Assembly (NCBI GenBank): GCA_964541455.1
Contig: CAZIPS010000005.1
Span: 1-59,468, forward strand
Direction of reading: 5' to 3'
Source: an uncultured Candidatus Saccharibacteria bacterium
GTDB taxonomy: Bacteria > Patescibacteriota > Minisyncoccia > Phycocordibacterales > JAKFXT01
DNA: 59,468 nt
In this document: one piece after another, positions 27,801 through 38,400 of the stretch
Layout of the letters: every line of letters starts with the position of its first letter
How positions within the stretch are numbered: position 1 is the first letter of the stretch
Translations under genes and position numbers: made by a program
The notes under the pieces: model-generated
Told to the model about the DNA's origin: nothing
The model's database searches: none
The model's input: the letters and a program-made list of their open reading frames with translations, nothing else

Positions 27801-27888
27801 TGGTATCCACCGCCTCCTTTTGCTCCTTATTGAGCCTTTTATAGCTATCTAGAAACACGTCTTCCATAGTATAAGGAGAGTATAACAT
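24874..27888 (-). CDS. UvrD/PcrA-type superfamily 1 helicase fused to a C-terminal PD-(D/E)XK nuclease with a Cys cluster
   Basis: Walker A AGPGTGKT, DEHQD-like LADEHQDAN and SF1 motifs. The C-terminal RIDR...VIDYKT nuclease motifs are followed by CQKKDCEYC. Confidence 0.8.
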   Translation of the reverse strand: MLYSPYTMEDVFLDSYKRLNKEQKEAVDTTEGPVMVIAGPGTGKTQILTLRIANILRKTDTAPEQILALTFTESGVFAMRKRLAQIIGSRAYRVNIYTFHGFCNDVIARYPEYFPRIIGRTVVSKVGRIRLMEGIIDTEKLELLRPFGDPYYHVRSILSSISDLKREAVSPFELKRVIENEEKEFENIPEKIHTKGAHKGKMKGEYVEQQKHIAKQKELLIVYEAYEKALAEEKLFDYEDMILEAVSAIREHGDLRLILQESYQYLLADEHQDANASQNAVLELLTSYHENPNLFIVGDEKQAIFRFQGASLQNFLYFKEHYPKAKVITLVENFRSTQNILDFSHTLITRDKVERVALPRPELQAEGVEKGNVAPIMYYEFSNSEEEIRFVVEDIAKKLKEGVSGSEIAVLYRENKDAELLSLISARYGIPFVVHSDSDALLDTEVEKLLLLLRAVVTPENNELLGKAMFLDFLNIPLLDTYAMFGALKRGEGTLINLILKGKNFSGLTLSDEKAVTTFGSKLMEWHRASKNKSLSDVLELVMKESGYLTHCLALPQALSILNKIDAFLDESRTLLESNRSSKLSDFLAHIDTLILYGMGIPAREHVGATKSVSLMTAHKAKGLEYEHVYVVGLNDNKWGGKRSRDSFHLPVGGAIKGEEDDERRLLYVALTRAKKSLTLTRPQSTNDGKALTPSRFIEEIDPSLFTKKEAPTVIERKHLLMLEKRGGGAKLLDKEYLKERFFDQGLAVTALNNYLECVWRYFFVNLIRLPQSQTKHQLYGIAVHHALKESIDRVKALESVTEESFMASFYSKLKSLPFSELEYEESLKKGERTLPGYFKKVVLSWDPTMRAEVAVKGVSLTLKSGEELQLKGNLDRIDRGEGEMVRVIDYKTKKPMSRNEIEGNTKNSNGNEKRQLVFYKLLVDAHSEGKEIMKEGVIEFIEPTEKGNYISENFTITDEEVEALKETIKVVAEEITTLSFVEKGGCQKKDCEYCALAKMIELT

Positions 27889-27987
27889 GCAGCCAAACAG
27901 CTCTTGTATTTTTATAATTTTGTGTTAATATAATTTTCAGTAATTTGACCCCCCCACGGCCAGTGGCCAGAAACTTAGGAGTCTCAC

Positions 27988-28431
27988 ATGTTGCACTTTT
28001 TCTCCCGAAACAACCTCCCTTCCATTGCTGATCTCCCCGCAGGGGCGGGTCTCAAGACGCGTTCCCTCGGCCAGTGGGCAGAGCTCAAGAATCCAGACGG
28101 ACCTCTGCAGGTTGGTGACGTGCTCTACTGCCTCAATCCTGATGGTGAAGTGATGGAGTACACCATTATCAGCAATGACCCTGGATTGACTGAAATTTCG
28201 GGGGCTAATCGAGTTCTTCTCACACAACACATCGACAAACTGGAATTGACCACAAGGACCATGAACTGCCTTCTTGCCGAGAGAATTGAAACAATCGGCG
28301 ACCTGATCAGGAAGACGGAACCCGAAATCCTAGTAATCCCAAACCTGGGAAGGAAGTCTCTCAACGAGATCAAGGAGGTGCTTGCTTCCAAGGGACTGAC
28401 GCTGCGAAAGACGCCACTCCCCAACCCCTGA
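27988..28431 (+). CDS. Stand-alone RNA polymerase alpha-subunit C-terminal-domain (alpha-CTD)-like protein, high-GC cassette E
   Basis: The C-terminal about 65 aa ([58 protein letters not shown]) match the alpha-CTD helix-hairpin-helix pattern. The N-terminal about 80 aa are unrelated. TAGGAG SD 6 nt upstream. Confidence 0.75.
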   Translation: MLHFFSRNNLPSIADLPAGAGLKTRSLGQWAELKNPDGPLQVGDVLYCLNPDGEVMEYTIISNDPGLTEISGANRVLLTQHIDKLELTTRTMNCLLAERIETIGDLIRKTEPEILVIPNLGRKSLNEIKEVLASKGLTLRKTPLPNP

Positions 28432-28447
28432 AGCGTTTGCCTCACCT

Positions 28448-28475
28448 CCGCCGCGGAGTACCGCGGCGGCTTTTC
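28448..28475 (+). terminator. Intrinsic terminator CCGCCGCGG-AGTA-CCGCGGCGG plus CTTTT
   Basis: Perfect 9-bp GC stem. Confidence 0.75.
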
Positions 28476-28526
28476 ATTTATACTCCTTCTACCCCATAGG
28501 AGTCTCCTATGGGGTAAAAATGTAAG

Positions 28527-28561
28527 TAAAAAATACTACACTTTAGATGTAGTATTTTTTA
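28527..28561 (-). terminator. Intrinsic terminator of rpoD
   Basis: ATACTACA / TGTAGTAT stem with A-run and T-run flanks, 23 nt after the rpoD stop. Confidence 0.6.
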
Positions 28562-28583
28562 CTTAGTCTCTCTATTTTTTAAA

Positions 28584-29894
28584 TTAGTAATTCTGCAAAC
28601 GATTAGACTTCTGATGCTCACGAATCTTCTGGTGCGCCTTAGCTTCAATCTGGCGAATACGCTCACGAGTAACACCGAACTCACGTCCTACTTCTTCAAG
28701 TGTGTGAGTAATGCCATCCATAAGCCCGTTACGCATTTCTAGAATCTTACGCTCCTTTGGTGAGAGATCGTCAAGGATCTCTTTGACTTGATCAGCCAAA
28801 ATACGCTGCGAAGTTTCTTGATCTGGCGAAATAATTTTATCGTCCGCGATAAAATCTCCGAGCACCGAGCGACCATCATCATCCTCACTCCCTACTGGCG
28901 CTTCAAGCGACACGGTATCTTGGTTGATTTGTTCGATAGTATAGATCTTATCTACCTCAACTCCCATTTCAACAGCAATCTCCTCAGGTAGTGGGTCACG
29001 TCCCAAATCTTGTGAAAGACGGCGCACTACTTGTTTGTACTTAGCGATAGTTTCTACCATATGCACTGGGATACGGATGGTACGACTTTGATCCGCAAGA
29101 GCACGAGTAATAGCCTGACGAATCCACCACGTAGCATAGGTTGAAAACTTGAAGCCCTTGGTATAGTCGAACTTATCCACCGCCTTAAAGAGTCCAAGGT
29201 TCCCTTCTTGGATAAGATCAAGGAGGGTGAGGTCGGGACTGCGACCCACATACTTTTTAGCGATAGACACCACGAGACGGAGGTTGGCACGAGCAAGCAA
29301 GTTTTTGGCTTCTATGTCTTCCTCCACAATACGTTTTGCAAGATCGCGCTCTTCTGCTGCATTAAGGAGCGGATACTGCCCGATTTCCTTTAGATACATC
29401 TGAATAGAGTCATATGTATCAGAGGATGAGCCACCTTTATAACTATAGCGTTTATGTTCCTCTGGACTTGGTTCAATGTTAAGCATCCCTCCCCCTTCAA
29501 GCACATCGATGCCTGCCGTTTGGAACTTTTCGTATAATTCATCAAGGAAAGAAATATTCTCCTCAATTGTAGGGAACTCTTTTAGAATCTCATCATAGGT
29601 AACGAAACCACGCTCACGCCCCTTAGAGATAAGTGCATCTGACTTTTTCTGGAACTCCTGCTCTTTTTTCCCAAGTTTTACTGCAACCACCTTCGCTGGT
29701 TTTGCAGTTACCTTTTTAGCTTTGGGATGTTTGGCGAGCGTCTTTTTTACATTCGCTTTTTTTAACTTTTTGAAAAGTGTTTTCGTAGGCTTTTTTACCT
29801 TTGTCTTTGCAACCTTTTTGGTTGTTTTTGAGGGAGTTTTTTTCCCCTTTTTTACTACCTTCTTTTTAGCGGTCTTAGCGACTTTTTTAGACAT
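28584..29894 (-). CDS. rpoD: Primary-type sigma-70 factor with a histone-H1-like Lys-rich N-terminal extension
   Basis: Regions 1.2, 2 ([19 protein letters not shown]...[10 protein letters not shown]), 3 and 4.2 ([23 protein letters not shown]). The first about 78 aa are K/A/T/P-rich. Confidence 0.9.
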   Translation of the reverse strand: MSKKVAKTAKKKVVKKGKKTPSKTTKKVAKTKVKKPTKTLFKKLKKANVKKTLAKHPKAKKVTAKPAKVVAVKLGKKEQEFQKKSDALISKGRERGFVTYDEILKEFPTIEENISFLDELYEKFQTAGIDVLEGGGMLNIEPSPEEHKRYSYKGGSSSDTYDSIQMYLKEIGQYPLLNAAEERDLAKRIVEEDIEAKNLLARANLRLVVSIAKKYVGRSPDLTLLDLIQEGNLGLFKAVDKFDYTKGFKFSTYATWWIRQAITRALADQSRTIRIPVHMVETIAKYKQVVRRLSQDLGRDPLPEEIAVEMGVEVDKIYTIEQINQDTVSLEAPVGSEDDDGRSVLGDFIADDKIISPDQETSQRILADQVKEILDDLSPKERKILEMRNGLMDGITHTLEEVGREFGVTRERIRQIEAKAHQKIREHQKSNRLQNY

Positions 29895-29942
29895 AGTGTG
29901 TATAGTAAGTTACTTTTTAAAATTTTAAAAGTCTTTTATAAT

Positions 29943-31685
29943 TTACGTTTTTGGTAACTCTTGGTTATTTTTCTTTATTGCTTCTTCGAGTAAGGCTATG
30001 TCTTTACTTAGTAACTGGTACTGTCGTATTTCTTTTTCTAAATTCTCTTTATCTCCCTCTTTTTCATACTCACCTATCAGTCTCTGCGTTTCTTTTGCTA
30101 CCTCTTTTTTAACTTCAAGCTGTAGCTCACGTAACAATTCCTTCACTACTTCGCCCCCCGGCCGCGGATCAATCATCATATCTGCCTTAAAAGATGCCTC
30201 TGTCACTGCAAGTGAATTATAGAACCGCTCTACCACCTCATCTCCAACTAGCGTCTTCACCTCCATAAGTACTTGGTCTTTATCTATATCTTCCCCCTCT
30301 TTCTTGCTCTCAAGGAAACCCAGAAGGTGACTCATGATCATGTCTTTTCGAGTGAGAAAGGCAGTACTTCCCACTTGCTTCTTTTCTTCTACTGCAACAC
30401 TCCCTGTAACATCTTTTGGTATACGCTTCATGTCTTCAATAAGTGCAGAACGTGGAATACCAAGCCGATTGGCAATCACTTCAATGAAGTGTTCTCGATC
30501 GACTGAGCTTTTAATCTGTGCCACATACGGCAATACACTTGTAGTTACTGCCAAACGAAACTTACGCTTATCGCTTTCTCGCAATGCAAGTACATCAAGA
30601 TAGAACTCGACAACGTGCTTACTACTTCTAATGATCTCTTTCCACTGCTCAACACTTTCTTTGACTATATCTGCCGGATCTTTGCCTCCCACAATATGTG
30701 CCACTTTTACATCAATCCCCTCCTGAAGTGCGAGTGAGGCACTTTTCCCAGAAGCAGTGAGTCCGGCAGTGTCAGCATCAAGCGAGAGTACGAGCCTGTC
30801 AGTAAAACGTTGCAACAAGGTGAGTTGGTCCTTAGTGAGCGCGGTTCCTGAAAGCGCTACTGTATTCGTAAACCCTGCCTGATGACTCATAAGGAGATCC
30901 ATTTGCCCTTCAACAACAATGGCGAACGTCCATTTACGTATCCCCTCTTTTGCCTTGTCGAAGCCGTAGAGTATATGAGACTTGTGATAAAGCGGTGTTT
31001 CGGGACTGTTCACATACTTAGCAGGAGTGCTATCACTTCCTTCAAGACTTTGATCGAAGATTCGTCCTGAAAAAGCAACCACTCGACCACTACTATCAAA
31101 GAGGGGGAACATGATGCGCCCTCTAAACCGATCGTAAGCTCCTTTCGGCCCCATTTTGGTTAATCCTGCTTTTTCAATAAGTGCAGGATCATAATTTCTA
31201 CTCACTAAGTAGTCAGAGAGTGCGCGCCATGAAGCCTTCGCATATCCAAGCTTAAACTTTTCGATGGTTTCAGAAGTAAGTCCTCGGTCAGTTAAATAGG
31301 TCTGTACCTCACTATGTTCTTTCAGAGTGTCGCGATAATAATTCATCGCTTCTTCAAGAATTAGGAGGAGCTCTTTCTTCTCATCCTTAGCCTCACTTTT
31401 CTCGAACGTAAGTGGTACCCCCGCTCTTTCAGCAAGCACTTTAAGTGCCCCACTGAAATCAATACCCTCAAAGCGTTGTACGAACTCAAAGATATCTCCC
31501 TTTGCCCCGCACCCAAAACAATAGAATGTATTACGCACAGGAGAAATAAAGAACGACGGTGTCTTTTCATTATGAAAAGGACAGCGCGCTTTAAAGTTAA
31601 TGCCAGCGCCCTCAATCTTTATATAAGAGCCTATGATCTCTGCTATGCCGAGACGCTCTTTGATTGCTTCGGTTGTTGTTGACAC
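29943..31685 (-). CDS. dnaG: DNA primase
   Basis: Zinc ribbon CPFHNEKTPSF...CFGCGAKGD and Toprim EGQMD...DADTAG. GTG start. Confidence 0.9.
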   Translation of the reverse strand: MSTTTEAIKERLGIAEIIGSYIKIEGAGINFKARCPFHNEKTPSFFISPVRNTFYCFGCGAKGDIFEFVQRFEGIDFSGALKVLAERAGVPLTFEKSEAKDEKKELLLILEEAMNYYRDTLKEHSEVQTYLTDRGLTSETIEKFKLGYAKASWRALSDYLVSRNYDPALIEKAGLTKMGPKGAYDRFRGRIMFPLFDSSGRVVAFSGRIFDQSLEGSDSTPAKYVNSPETPLYHKSHILYGFDKAKEGIRKWTFAIVVEGQMDLLMSHQAGFTNTVALSGTALTKDQLTLLQRFTDRLVLSLDADTAGLTASGKSASLALQEGIDVKVAHIVGGKDPADIVKESVEQWKEIIRSSKHVVEFYLDVLALRESDKRKFRLAVTTSVLPYVAQIKSSVDREHFIEVIANRLGIPRSALIEDMKRIPKDVTGSVAVEEKKQVGSTAFLTRKDMIMSHLLGFLESKKEGEDIDKDQVLMEVKTLVGDEVVERFYNSLAVTEASFKADMMIDPRPGGEVVKELLRELQLEVKKEVAKETQRLIGEYEKEGDKENLEKEIRQYQLLSKDIALLEEAIKKNNQELPKT

Positions 31686-31706
31686 ACTTTGTTGGTTACT
31701 ACCAAA

Positions 31707-34700
31707 CTAAAGAATATCTACAGGTTGTTGTGCTCGGTCGGCTTCTTTAGCTACTTCCGCTACTAATGCATGTTTATGAGATCCTTTGAACCCAGATCCT
31801 GCTGGAATAAGGCGTCCAATAATAACGTTCTCCTTGAGTCCCTTAAGATCGTCCGTACTTCCTTTAACTGAAGCACCGATCAAAATCTTGGTGGTATGTT
31901 GGAATGAAGCAGCAGAAAGGAAACTTTCACGAGTGAGCGACACTTCTTGGATACCCATTACCATTTGCTCTACCTTAGCCTCCTCGCCTCCGGTTGCTTT
32001 AACACGATTATTCTCTGCCTGAAGTGTTGCTTCACTTACAATATCCCCAACTACAAAAGCGGTGTCTCCACGGCTCTTCACCTTACGGCGTGAGAACATC
32101 TGACGGATAATGACTTCAATATGCTTACGTGAAATAGAAGCACCTTGGAGTTCATAAATCTTGGTAATTTCCTGAATGATATAATCCTCTGCTCGCTCAC
32201 GGCCTCCATACTTAAAGAGATCTGAAATATCAGCTGATCCATCAGTCAAAAGATCACCCTTCACTACCTTACTTCCAGGAGAGACGAGTGGCATACGACG
32301 GAAGTTCACTGTGTACTCGATCGCCTCACGGCCCTTACCCTTGCGTGCCTCAACTTCTGGCATCACCACAAGGATCTTCTCTTTTCCTTCGTTGCGGATT
32401 TCAACTACCTCACCATCAACAGTTGCAACAACGGCTGGATTCTTAGGCTCACGACGCTCGAACACTTCTTCAACACGTGGCAAACCTTGTGTAATGTCTC
32501 CACCAACTGAAGCAGTACCTCCCGCGTGGAACGTACGCATTGTAAGCTGTGTTCCTGGTTCACCAATCGCTTGCGCGGCAACAGTTCCAATAGCTTCTCC
32601 GAGATTTACCAATACTCCCGTTCCAAGATCTGCACCATAACAAGTAGCGCAAATACCACTTAGACTCTTACAAGTAACTGGAGAGCGTACTTTTACTTCA
32701 GCAACTCCTGCTTTTTCAATAGCTTCTGCATCTTTGTGAAGAATAAAATGTCCACGCTTAAAGAGTACTGTCCCAGAAGCGTCTTCCACATCTGCTACTA
32801 AGTGGCGTCCCTTAATGTTTTTCGCAAGTGGGATTTCGATTCCCGAAGCTGACTTTTTAGCAATGATGATACCTTCTTTAGTGCCACAATCATTTTCTGA
32901 AATCACAAGGTCTTGTGCCACATCGAAAAGACGACGGGTAAGGTATCCAGCTTTCGCAGTGTTAAGCGCTGTATCAGAAAGCCCCTTACGTGCTCCGTGA
33001 GTAGTAATGAAGTACTCAAGTGGTGTAAGACCTTCCTTGTATGATGAGAGAATTGGGAATTCAATAGTCTCTCCAGCCGTGTTTTGAATAAGCCCCTTCA
33101 TACCTGCCATCTGTGCCAAGTTACCAGTTGAACCACGAGCACCACTCTTCAACATATCCCATACAGAACTGTTTTTCTCAAGTGCTTCAGGGGTTGCCTT
33201 TTCAACATCGTTTTTAGCAGCGTGCCAAATCTCGATGTTCTGACGAGCCTTTTCTTCTCCTGAAAGAAGTCCTTCGTTGTACTCGTTAAGTACCTCTTCA
33301 GACTTTTTCTTAGCATCATCAATAAGCTTTTTCTTAGCATCAGGTACACGGATATCATCAATACTCCAAGTAATACCAGAACTTGTAACATACCTAAATC
33401 CAAAGGCCTTAATCTTATCGAGGATTCCAGGCACTGCATTTACTCCATAGCGATCAATCAAATCATCAATGATAGCAGTAATACTCTTACGGTCGATTTC
33501 CTTGTTGATAAATGGATAATCAGAAGGAAGCGTGCTGTTAAAGAGGAGGCGTCCAACTGTTGATTCAAACACGCGACCTTCGAACTGGGCGTACTTTGCT
33601 GTATCGGTTGGAAGAATTTTAACCTTAGCGTGGAATGATACTTCTCCAAAATCTGCTGCGGTAATCGCTGCATTTGGGTTAGCAAATATTTTCCCCTCAC
33701 CCTTTTCTCCCTCAACAATCTTTGTCATCCAATATGAACCAAGCACAATATCGAGAAGCTTAGTGATCACCACTGGTTCACCGTTTCCAGGCTTAAGAAT
33801 ATTCTTATCAGCTGACATGAAATTCTTAGCTTCAGCTTGTGCTTCTTCACCAAGTGGAAGGTGTACAGCCATCTGGTCACCATCGAAGTCAGCGTTAAAG
33901 GCAGGACACACAAGTGGGTGCACCTGAATTGCATTACCTTCAATAAGGATCGGCATGAATGCTTGAATACCCAAACGGTGAAGTGTCGGTGCGCGGTTTA
34001 GAAGTACGTACTTTCCATGAATCGCCTCTTCAAGAATTGCCCATACTTCGGGTATCCCCTCATCGATAAGACGATTAGCACCACGAATGTTAAAAGCAAG
34101 TTCTTTCTTCAAAAGCCCTGCGATCACGAAGGGACGGAAAAGTTCAAGTGCCATGTGCTTTGGAAGCCCACATTGGTTGAGCTTTAGATCAGGCCCCACC
34201 ACAATCACTGAACGCGCTGAATAGTCCACACGCTTACCCAAAAGGTTCTGACGGAAAAGACCTTGTTTAGTTTTGAGGTTATCTGCAAGCGACTTAAGAG
34301 GACGACGTTGTGCAGCTGAAATAGCTCCACCTGATGAACCACCATGCTTAATGGAGTTATCAATAAGTGCATCCACCGCTTCTTGAAGAATACGCTTTTC
34401 GTTACGAAGAATCACGTCAGGAGCGTTAATCTCCTTGAGTTTCTTCAAGCGGTTGTTACGGTTAATAACGCGACGATACAAGTCATTTAGATCACTCGTT
34501 GCATGACGCCCTCCTTCAAGCGCAACCATAGGACGAAGTGCTGGAGGAATAACAGGAAGACGAGTAAGGAACATCCATTCAGGGCGAAGTCCTGAACGAA
34601 TCATTGACTGGATAAGACTCATACGCTTTTGAAGTTTCTCGCGATCTGCGGCACCCGCCTTCTCAAGCAATGCTGCCACTTCAACACGAAGCTTCTCAAG

Positions 34701-35387
34701 GTTGATTGACTTACAAAGGTTGTATATTGCCTCAGCTCCAATAGAAGCTTCAAACATTGTTCCGTAACGAACAGAGAAACGATGGAAGGTTGCTTCATCG
34801 AGCACGCGCCCAAGAGTAATCGCTTCTATATCTCCCTTAGCAGAAAGAAGTAGCTCTTTTACCTTTTCCTTAGACTTATCATCTTGAAGTGATTTAATTT
34901 TATTTTTGTATTCAGCATCAAGATCACGCAAGATACGGTCGCGCTCATCTTGTACTACCTTTGTCACAATATAGCCAGCGAAATACACTACCTTCTCAAT
35001 ATCAGAAGCTCCGATACCAAGAAGAAGTGAGATGCGGCTTGGTACACCACGAAGGAACCACACATGTGACACTGGAGTACAAAGCTCGATATGCCCCATG
35101 CGCTCACGACGCACAATAGAACGAGTAAGTTCTACACCACATTTCTCACAGACAATACCCTTGTAGCGTATACCACGATACTTACCACAGTAACACTCGT
35201 AATCACGCTCTGGACCGAAAATTTTCTCATCGAAGAGTCCCGCCTTTTCTGGACGTTGGGTACGATAGTTAATGGTTTCTGGTTTTGTGACCTCACCATA
35301 TGACCAATCGCGAATCATGTCAGGAGACGCTAAGGTAATCTTCACAAGATCGAAATCATTTTGCTGTTCTCTTTTTATTGGGTTCAT
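31707..35387 (-). CDS. rpoC: DNA-directed RNA polymerase subunit beta'
   Basis: Zn-binding CYCGKY...CEKCG, the catalytic [12 protein letters not shown], and trigger-loop/bridge-helix regions. Confidence 0.97.
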   Translation of the reverse strand: MNPIKREQQNDFDLVKITLASPDMIRDWSYGEVTKPETINYRTQRPEKAGLFDEKIFGPERDYECYCGKYRGIRYKGIVCEKCGVELTRSIVRRERMGHIELCTPVSHVWFLRGVPSRISLLLGIGASDIEKVVYFAGYIVTKVVQDERDRILRDLDAEYKNKIKSLQDDKSKEKVKELLLSAKGDIEAITLGRVLDEATFHRFSVRYGTMFEASIGAEAIYNLCKSINLEKLRVEVAALLEKAGAADREKLQKRMSLIQSMIRSGLRPEWMFLTRLPVIPPALRPMVALEGGRHATSDLNDLYRRVINRNNRLKKLKEINAPDVILRNEKRILQEAVDALIDNSIKHGGSSGGAISAAQRRPLKSLADNLKTKQGLFRQNLLGKRVDYSARSVIVVGPDLKLNQCGLPKHMALELFRPFVIAGLLKKELAFNIRGANRLIDEGIPEVWAILEEAIHGKYVLLNRAPTLHRLGIQAFMPILIEGNAIQVHPLVCPAFNADFDGDQMAVHLPLGEEAQAEAKNFMSADKNILKPGNGEPVVITKLLDIVLGSYWMTKIVEGEKGEGKIFANPNAAITAADFGEVSFHAKVKILPTDTAKYAQFEGRVFESTVGRLLFNSTLPSDYPFINKEIDRKSITAIIDDLIDRYGVNAVPGILDKIKAFGFRYVTSSGITWSIDDIRVPDAKKKLIDDAKKKSEEVLNEYNEGLLSGEEKARQNIEIWHAAKNDVEKATPEALEKNSSVWDMLKSGARGSTGNLAQMAGMKGLIQNTAGETIEFPILSSYKEGLTPLEYFITTHGARKGLSDTALNTAKAGYLTRRLFDVAQDLVISENDCGTKEGIIIAKKSASGIEIPLAKNIKGRHLVADVEDASGTVLFKRGHFILHKDAEAIEKAGVAEVKVRSPVTCKSLSGICATCYGADLGTGVLVNLGEAIGTVAAQAIGEPGTQLTMRTFHAGGTASVGGDITQGLPRVEEVFERREPKNPAVVATVDGEVVEIRNEGKEKILVVMPEVEARKGKGREAIEYTVNFRRMPLVSPGSKVVKGDLLTDGSADISDLFKYGGRERAEDYIIQEITKIYELQGASISRKHIEVIIRQMFSRRKVKSRGDTAFVVGDIVSEATLQAENNRVKATGGEEAKVEQMVMGIQEVSLTRESFLSAASFQHTTKILIGASVKGSTDDLKGLKENVIIGRLIPAGSGFKGSHKHALVAEVAKEADRAQQPVDIL

Positions 35388-35407
35388 ATACTTGTTTAGT
35401 ATTATCC

Positions 35408-38400
35408 TTAGTTAGTAATATCTTCATCAGCCTCACTCTCTCTCTTGTGGGTCAAGTCAACATTGAGTGCAAGACCTTTCAAGTTGCTCAAAAGCACATT
35501 AAAGGATGCAGGGATGTTTGGCTGATTAATACGTACCCCTTTCACAATAGAATCAAAGGCAGCTGAACGACCAACAATATCATCTGATTTGATAGTGAGG
35601 ATTTCACGAAGCGTGTGAGCGGCACCATATCCAAGAAGTGCCCACACCTCCATTTCTCCAAAGCGTTGACCTCCACTTTGTGCCTTACCACCAAGAGGTT
35701 GTTGTGTAATAAGTGAGTAAGGACCAATTGAGCGCATGTGGATCTTGTCTTCCACCATATGGTGCAGCTTCAAGATATACATATACCCAACGGCAATGTC
35801 TTGCCCAAATTTTTCACCTGATCGTCCGTCATAAAGTGGAATCTTTCCATTTTCAGGGTATCCCGCCTTCTTAAGTTCTTGCTTAATTTCAACATCAGTT
35901 GCTCCCATAAATGGAGGTACGATTGCCTGATAGTCGAGGGTATTTGCAGCAAGTCCCAAGTGCATTTCCAAAATCTGTCCGAGGTTCATACGACTTGGCA
36001 CACCAAGTGGGGTCAAGATCATATCAATAGGTGTTCCGTCCTCCATGTACGGCATATCTTCAACAGGAAGGATGCGAGAAATAACTCCCTTGTTACCGTG
36101 ACGCCCTGCAAGCTTGTCACCCACTGAAATATTACGAAGTTGAGCGATCTCAATATAGATCTTTTTGATGATACCTGAATCAAGATTGTCTCCCTTCTCA
36201 CGTGAGAATACCTTTACACCAATAACGCGCCCTCGCTTACCATTTTCCATGCGAAGTGAAGTATCCTTCACATCCCGTGCCTTATCTCCAAAGATAGAAC
36301 GGAGTAGACGCTCTTCAGGAGTCAATTGTGTCTCACCCTTTGGCGTAATCTTTCCAACCAAAATATCTCCTGGACGCACTTCAGCTCCAATGCGGACAAC
36401 ACCATCTTCATCGAGATTTTTAAGTTTACCTTCAGAAACGTTTGGAATATCGTGCGTGGTTACTTCTGGACCAAGTTTGGTATCACGTACCGACACTTCG
36501 AACTCTTCGATGTGAATAGAAGTAAACTTACTGTTTTTTACGAGACGCTCTGAGAGAATAATCGCATCTTCATAGTTGTTACCTGACCAACTCATAAAAG
36601 CAACGAGTGTATTTTGACCGATGGCCATCTGCCCCTTGTCTGATGTTGAAGTATCGGCTAGGAGATCTCCACGCTTCACCTTTGTTCCTACTGTTACTAC
36701 AGGACGCTGATGGAACGCAGTAAATCCGTTTGTACGCACGAAGTTTACCAACGGGTATTCAATTTTTCCTTTCTTACCCTCAACAACAATTTTGCGTGCA
36801 TCAGACACAATAACCTCTCCTTCCTCTTTAGCGAGGATGAGACGACCAGTATCACGAGCTGCAGCTTCTTCAATACCAGTAGCAACAAGGGGAGCTTCAG
36901 GGATAATACAAGGAGTCGCCTGCTTCTGCATATTACTTCCCATGAGCGCGCGGTTAGCATCATCATGATCAAGGAATGGAATCATTGATGTTGCGATAGA
37001 AAACGCCTGATCCGGTGCCACGTCAATAAAATGCACTTCTTTCTTAGGCACGATTGAAGGACTCCCCTCTTTACGTACTTCAACACTTTCTACAGTAATG
37101 TTCCCATTATCATCGTATGGCGTAGCAGCATGTGCAATGTTGTACTTCTCCTCTTCAAGCGCGTTTAGATAGAGAATTTCTTTTGTAATTTTCCCATTAA
37201 GCACTTTTGCGTACGGCGTTTCGATCATACCGAAATCATTGATACGAGCATATGTGGCAAGACGCAAGATAAGACCGATGTTCGGACCTTCTGGGGTATG
37301 AATAGGACAAAGTCGTCCGTAGTGACTAGGGTGTACATCGCGCACTTCAAAGCCTGCACGTTCACGGGTGAGCCCTCCGGGACCAAGTGCTGAAAGTGTA
37401 CGGAGGTGTTCAAGCTCTTGAAGAATATTTTCTTGAGCCATGAACTGTGAGAGCTGGTTCGTAGTGAAAAATTCTTTAACCGATGCTTGGAATGGACGTG
37501 GGTTGATAAATTGAATAGGTAGGGTTGAAGTCGCATCAATAGTAGACATGCGATCCTGAATATTACGCTTCATACGTGCCATACCTACACGCATTTTCTG
37601 CTGGAGCATTTCACCAACATAACGTACGCGACGACTACCAAGGTGATCGATGTCATCTGGGAGTGCGTTAGGCGTATTGTTGAGTGACACAACATGCTTT
37701 GCAATGAGCCCTACGTCAGTGAGGTTTAGCGTGCGCACAGAAAGCGTTTTCTCATCAAGAGGAAGGTTAAAACGCTTGTTAAAGCGGAAACGTCCCACAG
37801 GAGAAATGTCATAACGCTCAGTTTCAAAAATTGAGTTCACGAACTCACGGGCGTTATCAGCTGTCGCCAAATCACCATCGCGCATGCGCTTATAGATCTC
37901 AATGTAAGCGTCCGCTGTTGTTTTCGCAGTATCTTTAGCAAGTGTGAGTTCAAGCACCTTTTTAAACTGCTCATCCCCTTTAGCAAGGTTTAATATGTCT
38001 GTATCTGTTTCAGCCCCCATCACACGAAGGAGTGAAGTGACAGGAAACTTACGCTTACGGTCAATACGTACGTACATGGCGCCATCTGGATCTGTCTCAA
38101 ACTCAATCCAAGCTCCACGAGAAGGAATAACACGAGCGCCGAAGTAACCTCGCCCCTTTACTTCCTCAAGAGTGAAGAGCACTCCAAAAGAACGTGCGAG
38201 CTGTGGTACGATCACACGCTCAACACCGTTAATCACGAAAGTTCCGTGATCAGTCATGAGTGGGAAATCAACCATGAAGATTTCCTGCTCTTTCTTAGAG
38301 TTAATACTCTTATTAGTGAGGCGTACTATAGTGCGTAGCGGCGCTTCGTAGGAGAGTTTATTGGCCTTAGCATAATGCTCATCATACTTTGGCTGTCCAA

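Noticed and set aside
27937-28445. Two minus-strand ORFs (97 and 106 aa) antisense to the alpha-CTD gene
   Set aside because: They are high-GC shadow ORFs. Only the plus-strand frame gives a recognisable domain and has an SD and a terminator.
31786-38147. About twenty 60-130-aa ORFs on either strand overlapping rpoC and rpoB
   Set aside because: They lie inside or antisense to two unambiguous, highly conserved genes. They have low-complexity translations and no start-site signals.
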